A stretch of DNA of 64,000 bases, from the NCBI GenBank assembly GCA_029856145.1, contig JAHQWK010000011.1, positions 117,506-181,505 on the forward strand, written 5' to 3'. Origin of the DNA: Promethearchaeia archaeon (GTDB taxonomy: Archaea > Asgardarchaeota > Lokiarchaeia > Sigyniarchaeales > SOKP01). The notes under the pieces were generated by a model. It made no database searches. It had not been told where the DNA came from and saw nothing but the letters and a program-made list of their open reading frames with translations. Each line of letters begins with the position of its first letter. Positions within the stretch are counted from its first letter, which is position 1. This document shows positions 19,672 to 29,353 of the stretch, piece by piece. Position numbers and translations under genes: made by a program.

Positions 19672-20796
19672 TTATATATTTAATATGCTAGAATAGATAT
19701 TTTTGTATTTTGATAAAACTGTATCCATTTTTCCTTTTACTTTAAAAATTTTCGAATTAAAACGTACATTTTCTATTGCTCGTAAACAATAGGGCGAATC
19801 TTCTGAGTTTAAGGCATATCTTGTTCCTAAACAGCCTCCTTTACATTCATTCACCATATCACAGTTTTTACAATATCCACGTAAATTTTCTTTTTCAAAA
19901 TTGCGATTATAATTAAAAGCATAAGGATTTGATATAATTTCCTTTAGACTATTGGTTCTTACATTTCCTTCAATAAATTTATCTGAAAGGGTTAAACATC
20001 CTTTAATATTTCCATTGCTTTGAATACCTAACACTGAATATCCTGCTTGACATCCAACCCATGGTGCTAATCCCAAATTTGGTATGAATCTTGAAAAATA
20101 ACCAATACAATGTGCTCCTATTACAGGGAGTCTTCGATAGGAGTATTTTTTAACATTAATTGCAATAAACATTGCTAATGCATAATATTCTTCTCTTGAA
20201 ATCATTAATTCTTTAGGAAAGCGCCCAATAGGGACTGCTAATTGAATTTGCCAAGAAATATTTTGATCCAAAATTAAATTTTTAATTAAATCTACTTCCT
20301 TTAAGTTTTTTTTATTAATGGCTGTTATTATTGAAACTGGCAGTTTTTCTTTTTTTAAAATCTTCATTGCATTTATAGTTTTATCGTAAGCTCCTTTAAT
20401 TCCTCTAAGATAATCATGAGTTTCTGGAATTCCACCGTCTAAGCTTAAAGATACACAATCTACATCTAGTTTTTTCAATTTTTGAATATGTTTAACAAGA
20501 TTTAATCCGTTAGTAACAATTGATAAGTCCATTTTATATTTCTTAACTTCTTTCGCAATTTCAAACCAGTCCTCTCTAATTAGAGGTTCTCCACCCATTA
20601 ATGCGACACCTTTATAGCCACATGAATGCAAATCTTTTACCAATTCTAACGCTTCCTCAGTATTTAACTCATCTGAACGCGCGCTACCCGCTCTGGACCC
20701 ACAATGAATGCATAAACTATTACACTTTAAAGTAATTTCCCAAACTGCACAAGAATTTTTTATTCTACGGGTTAAAAGTGATATTAAACTTGGCAT
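19672..20796 (-). CDS. Radical SAM protein with SPASM domain
   Basis: CNSLCIHC (CX3CX2C), GGEP, VSLSLDG; SPASM cysteines in GCQAG..IKGC..CKNC..CKGGC..PYC. Confidence 0.93.
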   Translation of the reverse strand: MPSLISLLTRRIKNSCAVWEITLKCNSLCIHCGSRAGSARSDELNTEEALELVKDLHSCGYKGVALMGGEPLIREDWFEIAKEVKKYKMDLSIVTNGLNLVKHIQKLKKLDVDCVSLSLDGGIPETHDYLRGIKGAYDKTINAMKILKKEKLPVSIITAINKKNLKEVDLIKNLILDQNISWQIQLAVPIGRFPKELMISREEYYALAMFIAINVKKYSYRRLPVIGAHCIGYFSRFIPNLGLAPWVGCQAGYSVLGIQSNGNIKGCLTLSDKFIEGNVRTNSLKEIISNPYAFNYNRNFEKENLRGYCKNCDMVNECKGGCLGTRYALNSEDSPYCLRAIENVRFNSKIFKVKGKMDTVLSKYKNIYSSILNI

Positions 20797-20913
20797 TGCA
20801 ATTATCGGATTCTTTTTCTGAAATATAAATTGATTAAATTTCTTTAAAAACTTTTGTTATAAAAATTGAATATTTCATAATATAATCGCTATGGAGTATA
20901 ATTTAATTGCTTT

Positions 20914-22248
20914 TTAATTTACGGAATAGTACTTATCGAGAGTTATGATAGGATTAAAGTTCGCTAATGGTACTGTTGACTTCTTTACGCAACTTATTTC
21001 TGAAGCGATATCCTTTTTGATCATCTTTTTATTCTTTATATTACTAATTCTTAACAATCTTAATGTTCTCCTGTAAGTTTTTAGTGCATCTGATCTTAAA
21101 TTCAATTTAACAAACACTTTTGCTAAATTCCAGTAATAGATTAAATCATCCCTAAATATTTGAATTGAGTCTAACAATTTCTCTTTAGCAATTTCATAAT
21201 TTTGATTGTAAACTTCCTTTATTCCTTGATAGAAAAATACTTGAGATTTTCTTTGAATCATTGCAGAAGAGAAAAAGAACAACTTATTCGGTTTATTAGT
21301 TATTGAGAGTTCTTTTAGACGAGTCAATTGTTGCTGCTTTTCATTTTTGATAAACATTAATTTCTCTATTATTCTTTCACCAAATGCTTCTATTGATGAA
21401 AATGCAAACATTTGGGATCCTGGAATTGTTGGCAGTCTTTTAAGGGAATTAAATAGAATATTAGGAAGGTTGTATTTTATTATATATTCAATTATTTCAT
21501 AAATGTATTTTATCTCAAAAATTGAAAGATAATTGATATCCTCAATCCCTTTAAGAAAAATGTTAGCTACTTGAGGAAATCTTATTAGAATGGTCTTAAT
21601 AATTTCAAATATAATATTTTTATCTTTTCTTCTTTCAAATTCTTTTAACTTTAATATTATAAAAGTTACTAAATCCTCTTGTTCTTTTGCTAAAAAAGAG
21701 TCTTTAAAATCTACTAGATTCTCTAATAACATTTGTTTTCGAATATGCGTAATAACTTGAAAGAAATTCTCTTTTGAAGGCTTTTTGCATTCAACTCTTA
21801 AAGTGGGTATTGACTCTGTGTTATAAAATTTTCTTTCCTTTATATCAATAAATCCTATTTTTCTAAGCATTTCTGCTAACAATTCTGAGGGATAACATAA
21901 CTTATGTTGAAGTCCTTTATGAGGAATACCAAATATCCATCCTAAAATTTCCTTTTGTTGTTCATAGTTTCCATTTAAATAGGATTGAAAAGCCTTTTCA
22001 ATATCAGGTGTTTCTATTATTAGAACTCCATTAAACTGTAAGACTCTAAAAAATTCGCTTAATACATAGAGAGATTTGAAAAAACCAATATGTTCAATTA
22101 ATTGAATTGCTTTAACTTCTTCACAAGAGTTATCGGAAAATGAGAGATTTATAGCAGACATTTGTTGATCTGCTAAGATATCTTCATATAAATCAATATT
22201 GTAATAATCTGGCTCATATCTTCTTCCAGAGCCCACATTTAACTTCAT
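20914..22248 (-). CDS. Class I SAM-dependent methyltransferase fused to helical/TPR-like domain
   Basis: KLNVGSG, NID, IEH, RVLQFNGVLIIETPD; C-terminal TPR-like FYQG..YEIA..YYWNLAKVF..DALKTY. Confidence 0.8.
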   Translation of the reverse strand: MKLNVGSGRRYEPDYYNIDLYEDILADQQMSAINLSFSDNSCEEVKAIQLIEHIGFFKSLYVLSEFFRVLQFNGVLIIETPDIEKAFQSYLNGNYEQQKEILGWIFGIPHKGLQHKLCYPSELLAEMLRKIGFIDIKERKFYNTESIPTLRVECKKPSKENFFQVITHIRKQMLLENLVDFKDSFLAKEQEDLVTFIILKLKEFERRKDKNIIFEIIKTILIRFPQVANIFLKGIEDINYLSIFEIKYIYEIIEYIIKYNLPNILFNSLKRLPTIPGSQMFAFSSIEAFGERIIEKLMFIKNEKQQQLTRLKELSITNKPNKLFFFSSAMIQRKSQVFFYQGIKEVYNQNYEIAKEKLLDSIQIFRDDLIYYWNLAKVFVKLNLRSDALKTYRRTLRLLRISNIKNKKMIKKDIASEISCVKKSTVPLANFNPIITLDKYYSVN

Positions 22249-22490
22249 TTTTTATTTTTAAAATCATTTAATTTAACAGATGAATATAAGGTTCCGCTTG
22301 GATAAACAGATTTAGATCCAACAACTATAGCGACAACTATAACAACAGCTAATGAAGCTAAAAAAAATATCAATGAAAGTGTAAATAATATAGAACGATT
22401 GCCTGAAAATAAAAATGTTCGATTAATTTCACTTTTTTTTAATCCTAACTCTTTACCAATTCTATAAAATTGAGTTAATTCTTTGAACAT
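22245..22490 (-). CDS. Small single-TM peptide, candidate precursor P1 (81 aa, start re-called)
   Basis: ATG at 22490 follows an AGAGGTGA SD; aligns from residue 1 with P2; stop overlaps the methyltransferase start (ATGA). Confidence 0.8.
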   Translation of the reverse strand: MFKELTQFYRIGKELGLKKSEINRTFLFSGNRSILFTLSLIFFLASLAVVIVVAIVVGSKSVYPSGTLYSSVKLNDFKNKK

Positions 22491-22500
22491 GTTGTAAATT

Positions 22501-22508
22501 TCACCTCT
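22501..22508 (-). promoter_or_regulatory. Shine-Dalgarno site of peptide P1
   Basis: AGAGGTGA, 10 nt upstream of the ATG at 22490. Confidence 0.7.
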
Positions 22509-22699
22509 TAAATATAGAATAATGCTATATGCTTTTTTATTATAATTACATATAAAAACATTTCTTTGGTATATTAATAGTCTAAGAGATTTTAAAGCTT
22601 TAAGGTGCACTTTTCGAACATTATGAAATATTCTTGAAATTAGGAAATTATTTTTAGCTTTTTTCCCTTAAAAGTTAAGTTGCACTTAATTTTAGTTAT

Positions 22700-24508
22700 T
22701 TAGATGGCAAGCAATCTTAATTTCTTCATGATTGTATCTTTAATTTTCTCGATCCGTTGAAATGCTTCATTAGGTACAGTCTGGCTTATTCGCAAAATTG
22801 AGTTTATAAGGTCTGGTTCTAAAAGATCCTCAATCAATATTCCTCGCTCTATAAGGTTTTTACCCTCGTTATAGATTAAAAGTATAACTTTGATTATCCC
22901 TAATAATTTTTTAATACTTGTATAATTATCAGTGTCATCGAAAGCGTTTTGAATTAAGAATCCGTCTCTAATCATTTTTGCAATGAATAGAACTAACTGT
23001 TGAGATTCAGGTAAATTTTTTTCTCCAACCAATTGTAGAATATGTTTCAATTCTTGTTCTTGGGATAATATCTCATTTACTTGGTTTCTACATTGAGACC
23101 AATCAATATCTATCTCTGGCCAATCTATATCTCTCTCATACCACCATTCAGAAATGAATTGGGAATAATTTGAATATGAATTCAACCAAGTAATGGCAGG
23201 ATAATGTTTTAGATAAGCAAGTTTAGGATCCAAAGCCCAAAAAACTTGAACTAAACGCTTAGTTGTTGCTGTTACTGGTTCGCTGAAATCCCCCGCAGGA
23301 GGAGAAATAGTGCCAATGATTGATATTGAACCAATTCTTTCATTTCCTAAATGATCTTTTCCTAAAGTTCTAACAACTCCTGCTCTTTCATAAAAACTAG
23401 ATAGTTTAGATGGTAGATAAGCAGGATATCCTTCTTCTGCGGGCATTTCTTCTAATAATCCTGAAATTTCTCTCAAAGATTCAGCCCATCTTGATATACT
23501 ATCAGCTAGAACTGCAACATCATATCCCATATCTCGATAATATTCTGCAATCGTTACTCCAGAAAATAAGCTAGCCTCCCGAGCAGATACAGGCATATTA
23601 GATGTATTAGCTATAAGTATAACTCTATCTAATAATGTTTCTCCGCTTTGGGGGTCTCTAATTTCTGAAAATTGTTTCAAAATATTAGCAATTTCATTTC
23701 CAGGTTCACCACACCCAATAAATACAATTAAATCAGCATTACACCATTTAGCGAGTAATTGCTGAATCACAGTTTTTCCTGTGCCAAAACCGCCCGGAAT
23801 CGCAACTGTTCCTCCTTTTGCTATCGGAAATAATAAGTCTATAACCCTTATTCCCGTGATCAATGGCTCACGAGGATCTTCTTTTCTCATATAAGGGCGC
23901 TTTTTTGTTATTGGCCATTTTTGCAGCATTGAGAAAGATTTTTCTATACTATTTTTTTTTATTAGAAAAATCTCATCTGTGATTGTATAATCTCCTTCTT
24001 GAGCAATAAAGGATATTTCTCCATTGATAAATGGAGGGACCATTATTTTATGTTCAAAAAATGTAGTTTCTTGTATAGTACCAATAATATCTCCTGCATT
24101 GACGTTATCATTATTTTTCCTTATTGGTACAAAATGCCATTTTTTACTTCTAGATAAAGAAGGATATTTTACTCCTCTCCCTAATCTTCCATTATTAAAA
24201 TCTTCAAATACTTTTCCTAATGGTCTCTGTATCCCATCGAAAACGTTTGATAAAAGCCCTGGAGCTAATTCCATTGAAAGAGGTTCATTCAAACTAACAA
24301 CTTCTTCATTTAACTGTAGGTTTATGGTATTTTCAAAACATTGACTAATTATATGATCTGAATAGATCTGAATTACTTCTCCCAGGATATTATATTTAGA
24401 GATATTAATTAGGTCGAAAAGATGGACATGATTTTCCAGACCTTTAATTTTGATAAGCGATCCATTAATTGCAGAAATATAGCCAATTTTTATTTCTGTT
24501 TCATTCAT
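22700..24508 (-). CDS. atpA: A/V-type ATPase subunit A, second copy (GER to GEP variant)
   Basis: GGFGTGKT P-loop, [25 protein letters not shown]; reads GCGEPGNE. Confidence 0.9.
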   Translation of the reverse strand: MNETEIKIGYISAINGSLIKIKGLENHVHLFDLINISKYNILGEVIQIYSDHIISQCFENTINLQLNEEVVSLNEPLSMELAPGLLSNVFDGIQRPLGKVFEDFNNGRLGRGVKYPSLSRSKKWHFVPIRKNNDNVNAGDIIGTIQETTFFEHKIMVPPFINGEISFIAQEGDYTITDEIFLIKKNSIEKSFSMLQKWPITKKRPYMRKEDPREPLITGIRVIDLLFPIAKGGTVAIPGGFGTGKTVIQQLLAKWCNADLIVFIGCGEPGNEIANILKQFSEIRDPQSGETLLDRVILIANTSNMPVSAREASLFSGVTIAEYYRDMGYDVAVLADSISRWAESLREISGLLEEMPAEEGYPAYLPSKLSSFYERAGVVRTLGKDHLGNERIGSISIIGTISPPAGDFSEPVTATTKRLVQVFWALDPKLAYLKHYPAITWLNSYSNYSQFISEWWYERDIDWPEIDIDWSQCRNQVNEILSQEQELKHILQLVGEKNLPESQQLVLFIAKMIRDGFLIQNAFDDTDNYTSIKKLLGIIKVILLIYNEGKNLIERGILIEDLLEPDLINSILRISQTVPNEAFQRIEKIKDTIMKKLRLLAI

Positions 24509-24532
24509 CTCTTTTTTTCAAGCATCCTATTT

Positions 24533-24976
24533 TTATTGGTATATTATATTTTCATTACAAAATGGACATTTTTTAACAAAATTCGGCACAATATTCCCAC
24601 AATTTTTACATTTATTTATTAAAGGTTTACGGTATTCAAACTCTAGGTTGATAGGTTTAGAAATTTTAAGGTTAGGTTGTTTTAATTCCTTCTCTTCTAG
24701 AATTCGCTTTCTTTTTGTCTGTTCACTTAGTTTAGCTCTACTTTTTTTATCTGAAAACATCCTAGAATAAAGAGTTCGTTTGTTTCGTCTGAGAAATGGT
24801 CCGATAGTAGCTAAAATAATAAAGATGAGTAAAATTGAGATAATTAAAGGGTTAAAACCAAAATTGATTAGTAGATAAAATAGGTAAAGAAAAATAATTA
24901 AATAAAGCATTATCCAAATTAATTTCAAAATAACTTGTTTGCGTGATGGTTTATTTTTTTTGTCTTCTAGCGTCAT
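24533..24976 (-). CDS. Two-TM membrane protein with C-terminal zinc ribbon
   Basis: Two hydrophobic helices, basic linker, CKNC..CPFC. Confidence 0.75.
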   Translation of the reverse strand: MTLEDKKNKPSRKQVILKLIWIMLYLIIFLYLFYLLINFGFNPLIISILLIFIILATIGPFLRRNKRTLYSRMFSDKKSRAKLSEQTKRKRILEEKELKQPNLKISKPINLEFEYRKPLINKCKNCGNIVPNFVKKCPFCNENIIYQ

Positions 24977-25016
24977 AAATTGTAGATTTTAACATTTTTG
25001 CTTATTAAATATCATT

Positions 25017-27308
25017 TTATTTAAATTCTTTTGAGATATAACTCTTCGCTTTATCAATCTCATCCTTTACCGATTTAATTTCAATTTCTTTATCTATCTC
25101 TTCGGAAATTATATCTTTCTCAAGTTCTCTACTGAATATCATTACTGAATAATCAGCATCAAGATAGAAAGGGAAATACTCAATGCCAGAACCTTGAAAG
25201 AATTTAAAAAAGAACTCATAAAAATGTAACCTCATCGTGTTGATAAATACAAGTAATCCTTCTATGAGAATAACGATAATATTACCAAAGATTAAACCAA
25301 CTATGTTAAGTATTTCAAAACCTATACCCTCTCCCTGAATCAGATTTCCCATTTCATTTATAGCATATAATAAAGCGACATGAGCAAGTGCTAGTGCTAG
25401 TAACCTAATATATGAAAGAACATTACTCATAACTGATAATAATGTATCAAATGTTTCAATTGATCCTTCACCTAATAATCCACCAAAAGATTCTTCCCGT
25501 AAATAGGATAATTTAAATACCTTCCCTAAGGGTTTTGAGAGTATCAGTAAAAGTCCTGGAATTAACACAAATAGTATAGGGTATGGAAAAGCTAACCATA
25601 CATATATATCAAATCCATAAGTAAAAATTAGAACTGTTCCTCCGATCAAAAAGAAAATTTTCATTAATGAGTCGGTAAATGCTAAATATTTCCTATGTTG
25701 CTTCCAATAATTTAGAAATTGAATGATCCACCCCAAAATTATGTGAAAAATCCCAATTAATATGGAAAAATAAAATACAGATAAAATATTATTTAATGGA
25801 TTATATAAAATGATATTTGTAAAAGGAATTTTAATTGGCTCAAGATTTAAAAGAACGATGCCAAATATTTCTATTTCTTGTTTTCCAAAAAATTCACCAT
25901 ATAAAAAACCAATAAAAAAAGCAGCCCATCCACAGAAAAAGATAATCCAAGAGAAGTTAGACATTTGTTTCTTTCGCTTTCTGAATACTAATGCTCCTAT
26001 TAATCCACATATTATTAAAGTTAAGCCATGCCCAATATCTCCAAACATAATTCCAAATAATATAGGAAAAGTAAAAGCAATAATTGGCGTAGGATCTATT
26101 TCAGAATAAGTAGGAGTACCATACATTTTTGTGATTGCTTCGAAGGGTCTTACTAAAAAAAAGTTTTTCATAATTCTTGGAGTTTGATCCCTTAAATCTT
26201 CAACGCTATCAGATTCCTCACTTAATGACTTTATAGTTTCTGTTTTTACTTTTAATCTACTTTTTTTTTTTCTGATTGATTTTGAGGGATAAATTTCATA
26301 AATAGGACGCTTTTTAGATACATCAATCGAGTCAACTATTACGTTATCCTTAAATTTATTGAATAGGGTTTCTTGAATTTTATTCTTTTTTGATAAAGGA
26401 ACAAAAAATTTGAGAATTGCCCTATTTGTTGAAGTTTTTTCAAATTGCTGATCTGCCCAATTATATTCTTCGATATTTTGAACGATTTCATTAATACCTG
26501 CAAATTTTAATAAATTATCCTTAGCGATTCTACTTTGCTCTTTGTTATACCTTAATAATAAGTCTTTGATAAAATTGATTTCCATATCAATCCTATTATA
26601 ATTAATACCTGTATCAGTCATATATTTTTTTAAAATCGGGACTTGTTCTGAATGGATTAATCGAATTCTTCCATTAAATTCATCTTCTTTATCCTTAGGA
26701 TATATTATATAAAAACCTATCCGATCATCTGGGATTTCAAATGTCTCATAGAAGTTTGGGAATTCAGAAAAAGCAAAAAGATTGTTTAAATTATCTAAAT
26801 TTTTATAAAATGTTGTAAAAACTTTAAATTTAAAATAATTTAAATTCGTAACGTTATTTTTTGTTATATTTATTTTTTCAAGGTGTTTATAACAAGCTTT
26901 TATAGACTGTAAATTCTCTAGCTCAATATTTGCTTTAGCAATATAACTTTGTAATTCTGTTACCCGATTTATGAAAAAATCTATTTCTTCAAGAATATGA
27001 TTAATTAATTCAGTAAAGTCTTGTGCTTTAAATTCAATTCTCTCAGATTTCTTAATTCGTAAATTTTCAATATCAGCTTCATTAATATCAAGTTTTTTAA
27101 ATAATGTATTCAAATTCTTTCTTAAAAGTTTAATCTTCTCAACAACAGGCCTTTTATCTTCAATTTCTCCTTTGATTTTGGTTTTCTCTTTTTGTTTAAT
27201 ATGTACAGTATTTAAATTAGATATTTCTATTAAAAGTTGATCTTTATAATTATTGTTAATGTCCGCTTTCATTAAACAAAATTCATCTTTTTTTCCCATA
27301 CCATCCAC
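25017..27308 (-). CDS. atpI: A/V-type ATPase subunit I (a)
   Basis: YGTPTYSEIDPT, FGIMFGDIGHG, SYIRLLALALAH (essential Arg), RLHFYEFF. Confidence 0.93.
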   Translation of the reverse strand: MDGMGKKDEFCLMKADINNNYKDQLLIEISNLNTVHIKQKEKTKIKGEIEDKRPVVEKIKLLRKNLNTLFKKLDINEADIENLRIKKSERIEFKAQDFTELINHILEEIDFFINRVTELQSYIAKANIELENLQSIKACYKHLEKINITKNNVTNLNYFKFKVFTTFYKNLDNLNNLFAFSEFPNFYETFEIPDDRIGFYIIYPKDKEDEFNGRIRLIHSEQVPILKKYMTDTGINYNRIDMEINFIKDLLLRYNKEQSRIAKDNLLKFAGINEIVQNIEEYNWADQQFEKTSTNRAILKFFVPLSKKNKIQETLFNKFKDNVIVDSIDVSKKRPIYEIYPSKSIRKKKSRLKVKTETIKSLSEESDSVEDLRDQTPRIMKNFFLVRPFEAITKMYGTPTYSEIDPTPIIAFTFPILFGIMFGDIGHGLTLIICGLIGALVFRKRKKQMSNFSWIIFFCGWAAFFIGFLYGEFFGKQEIEIFGIVLLNLEPIKIPFTNIILYNPLNNILSVFYFSILIGIFHIILGWIIQFLNYWKQHRKYLAFTDSLMKIFFLIGGTVLIFTYGFDIYVWLAFPYPILFVLIPGLLLILSKPLGKVFKLSYLREESFGGLLGEGSIETFDTLLSVMSNVLSYIRLLALALAHVALLYAINEMGNLIQGEGIGFEILNIVGLIFGNIIVILIEGLLVFINTMRLHFYEFFFKFFQGSGIEYFPFYLDADYSVMIFSRELEKDIISEEIDKEIEIKSVKDEIDKAKSYISKEFK

Positions 27309-27310
27309 AC

Positions 27311-27958
27311 CTAGATAATCTTTTCTTGTTTAATAATCAGGTCTTTGGTTTTTTTCAATCTTACATAATTTTCTCTTTCAATTTCTTCTAAAATTTCTTT
27401 TATTTGTTTAATAGTAGATTCTAATTTAGGGATTATAACATTTTTTAACCCATTTATTCTTCTATTAATTTTTTTAAAGTTTATTGTTACTTTTAATATT
27501 AAATCTTCGATTTCAGAAAATTCTTTAATTTTATTAAAGAATTCTTTCAGTTTTATGAGTAAATCATCAAGATAATGGCTTGTGTTTTCAAAAGTATATG
27601 CAGGAAGTTTCTCTTCTTGAAACAATTCATAATCTACTTGAGAGACAACAATTCCCATTTTTTTTACTGTTTGAATATTTATTCTCGGTTTATATTGGAT
27701 TCTACTTAGTTTGCTAATTAAATTCACGCCGTTTTTGCCCATCTCTTCATAGGTTTGTGTCAAAAAGTTAAGAGACTCTTTGAATAATTTGAGAAGTTCT
27801 TTCCTATGAGTATTGTAATCCTTCCATAATTTTTTAATTTGAAAAATGAGCTGTTCACGTCTAAATTCCAAAAAATTTTGTCCTTTACCTGCGAATAATA
27901 ATCTTTTCTGCAAATTAATCAAATTCGTTTTAGTTGGCTTTATTTCACGAAAACTTAT
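27311..27958 (-). CDS. atpD: A/V-type ATPase subunit D (start extended to a probable ATA codon)
   Basis: RRINGLKNVIIP..LEEIERENYVRLKK; conserved IKPTKTNL lies upstream of the track's TTG start at 27922. Confidence 0.85.
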   Translation of the reverse strand: MSFREIKPTKTNLINLQKRLLFAGKGQNFLEFRREQLIFQIKKLWKDYNTHRKELLKLFKESLNFLTQTYEEMGKNGVNLISKLSRIQYKPRINIQTVKKMGIVVSQVDYELFQEEKLPAYTFENTSHYLDDLLIKLKEFFNKIKEFSEIEDLILKVTINFKKINRRINGLKNVIIPKLESTIKQIKEILEEIERENYVRLKKTKDLIIKQEKII

Positions 27959-27961
27959 AAC

Positions 27962-29353
27962 TTACACCTTTGGTTTATAGTATTTATTAATAAAGTTCTG
28001 ATGAATTCTAATTAATTGGTTTTTATTTAAGTTAGATAATGTGTCCCAAGCAATAGCTAGGGTTTGGTTAAATTCTCGATTTTCATTTAGTTTTTGATTT
28101 AGGAATTTTTGTTCAAAATCTTCTCCAAACAGTAATAAATTCTTTTGATCAATGTTTAAACCATCCTCTCCAACAATTGATATAAGGTCTTTAACTTCAA
28201 GATAATTGGAATATGAAGCTAATAATTGAGAACTAACATCAGCATGATCTTCCCTTGTTTTATCCTTACCAATAGCATCTTTCATCAATCTTGATATCGA
28301 AGCTAAAACTTCGAAAGGAGGATATACAGCTTTCTTATGTAAGCTACGACTAAGAACTAATTGTCCTTCAGTTATGTAACCAGTTGTGTCCGGTATTGGA
28401 TGAGAAATATCATCATTTGGCATTGTTAAAATTGGGATTTGCGTTATTGTTCCCTTTTTCCCCTTAATCTTCCCTGTTCTCTCATAAATTGATGCAAAGT
28501 CCGAATAAATATATCCCGGATACCCTTTCCTACTTGGAATTTCTTCTTTAGCTGAACTAAGTTCTCTTAAGGCTTCTGCATAATTGGTCATATCAATTAA
28601 TATTACTAAAACATGCATGTCCTTTTCAAAAGCATAATATTCAGCAGTGGTTAATGCGATTCTTGGTATAATTAATCTTTCGATTATTGGATCGTCTGCA
28701 AAATTTATGAAGGAAATGATATTTTGAAGTGTTCCACTCTCCTGAAAACGGTTTAAAAAATATATTGCTTCGTCTTGAATTATACCGATACCACAAAAAA
28801 TTATTACAAAAGGCTCCTCTGAAGTAACTTTAGCTTGAGTTGCTATTTGAGCTGCCAATTTATTATGAGGTAATCCTTGCCCACTAAAAATCGGAAGTTT
28901 TTGACCCCTAATAAGGGTAAATAAGCCATCAATTACAGATATACCTGTTTGAATAATATCCTGGGGATATTCTCTAGCAAAGGGATTAATAGGAATTCCA
29001 TTAATATCTCTTCGAACGTCAGTCAATATATCAGAATCCAGAACGTTTTTTGTTCTAATATCAATTGGGTTTCCAAGTGAGTTGAATGTCTGTCCAAACA
29101 TATCTTTTGAGATATTAATCTTAAATGTGTCTTCTGTAAATATGATTTCTGCATTTTCTGAAGATAATCCAGAAGTATCTTCGAAAACTTCAACGACTAT
29201 CATATCTTCACTCATTTTTACTATTTGCCCCGTTCTAATATTATTATCATCTGTTTTAATCTTAACAATTTCGCCATATTGAGCATCATGCTCATTTTTT
29301 AAAAACAAGAGTGGTCCTATTATTTGTTGAATCTTCTTATAAATTATACTCAT
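27962..29353 (-). CDS. atpB: A/V-type ATPase subunit B
   Basis: [45 protein letters not shown] arginine finger. Confidence 0.95.
   Translation of the reverse strand: MSIIYKKIQQIIGPLLFLKNEHDAQYGEIVKIKTDDNNIRTGQIVKMSEDMIVVEVFEDTSGLSSENAEIIFTEDTFKINISKDMFGQTFNSLGNPIDIRTKNVLDSDILTDVRRDINGIPINPFAREYPQDIIQTGISVIDGLFTLIRGQKLPIFSGQGLPHNKLAAQIATQAKVTSEEPFVIIFCGIGIIQDEAIYFLNRFQESGTLQNIISFINFADDPIIERLIIPRIALTTAEYYAFEKDMHVLVILIDMTNYAEALRELSSAKEEIPSRKGYPGYIYSDFASIYERTGKIKGKKGTITQIPILTMPNDDISHPIPDTTGYITEGQLVLSRSLHKKAVYPPFEVLASISRLMKDAIGKDKTREDHADVSSQLLASYSNYLEVKDLISIVGEDGLNIDQKNLLLFGEDFEQKFLNQKLNENREFNQTLAIAWDTLSNLNKNQLIRIHQNFINKYYKPKV

Noticed and set aside
17001-20796. MEMO1 plus radical SAM as an AmmeMemoRadiSam system
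   Set aside because: No AMMECR1 gene is present, the rSAM is SPASM-type, and endA separates them
22491-22610. N-terminal 40 aa of the 121-aa ORF in the track
   Set aside because: The SD site and alignment with paralog P2 place the start at 22490
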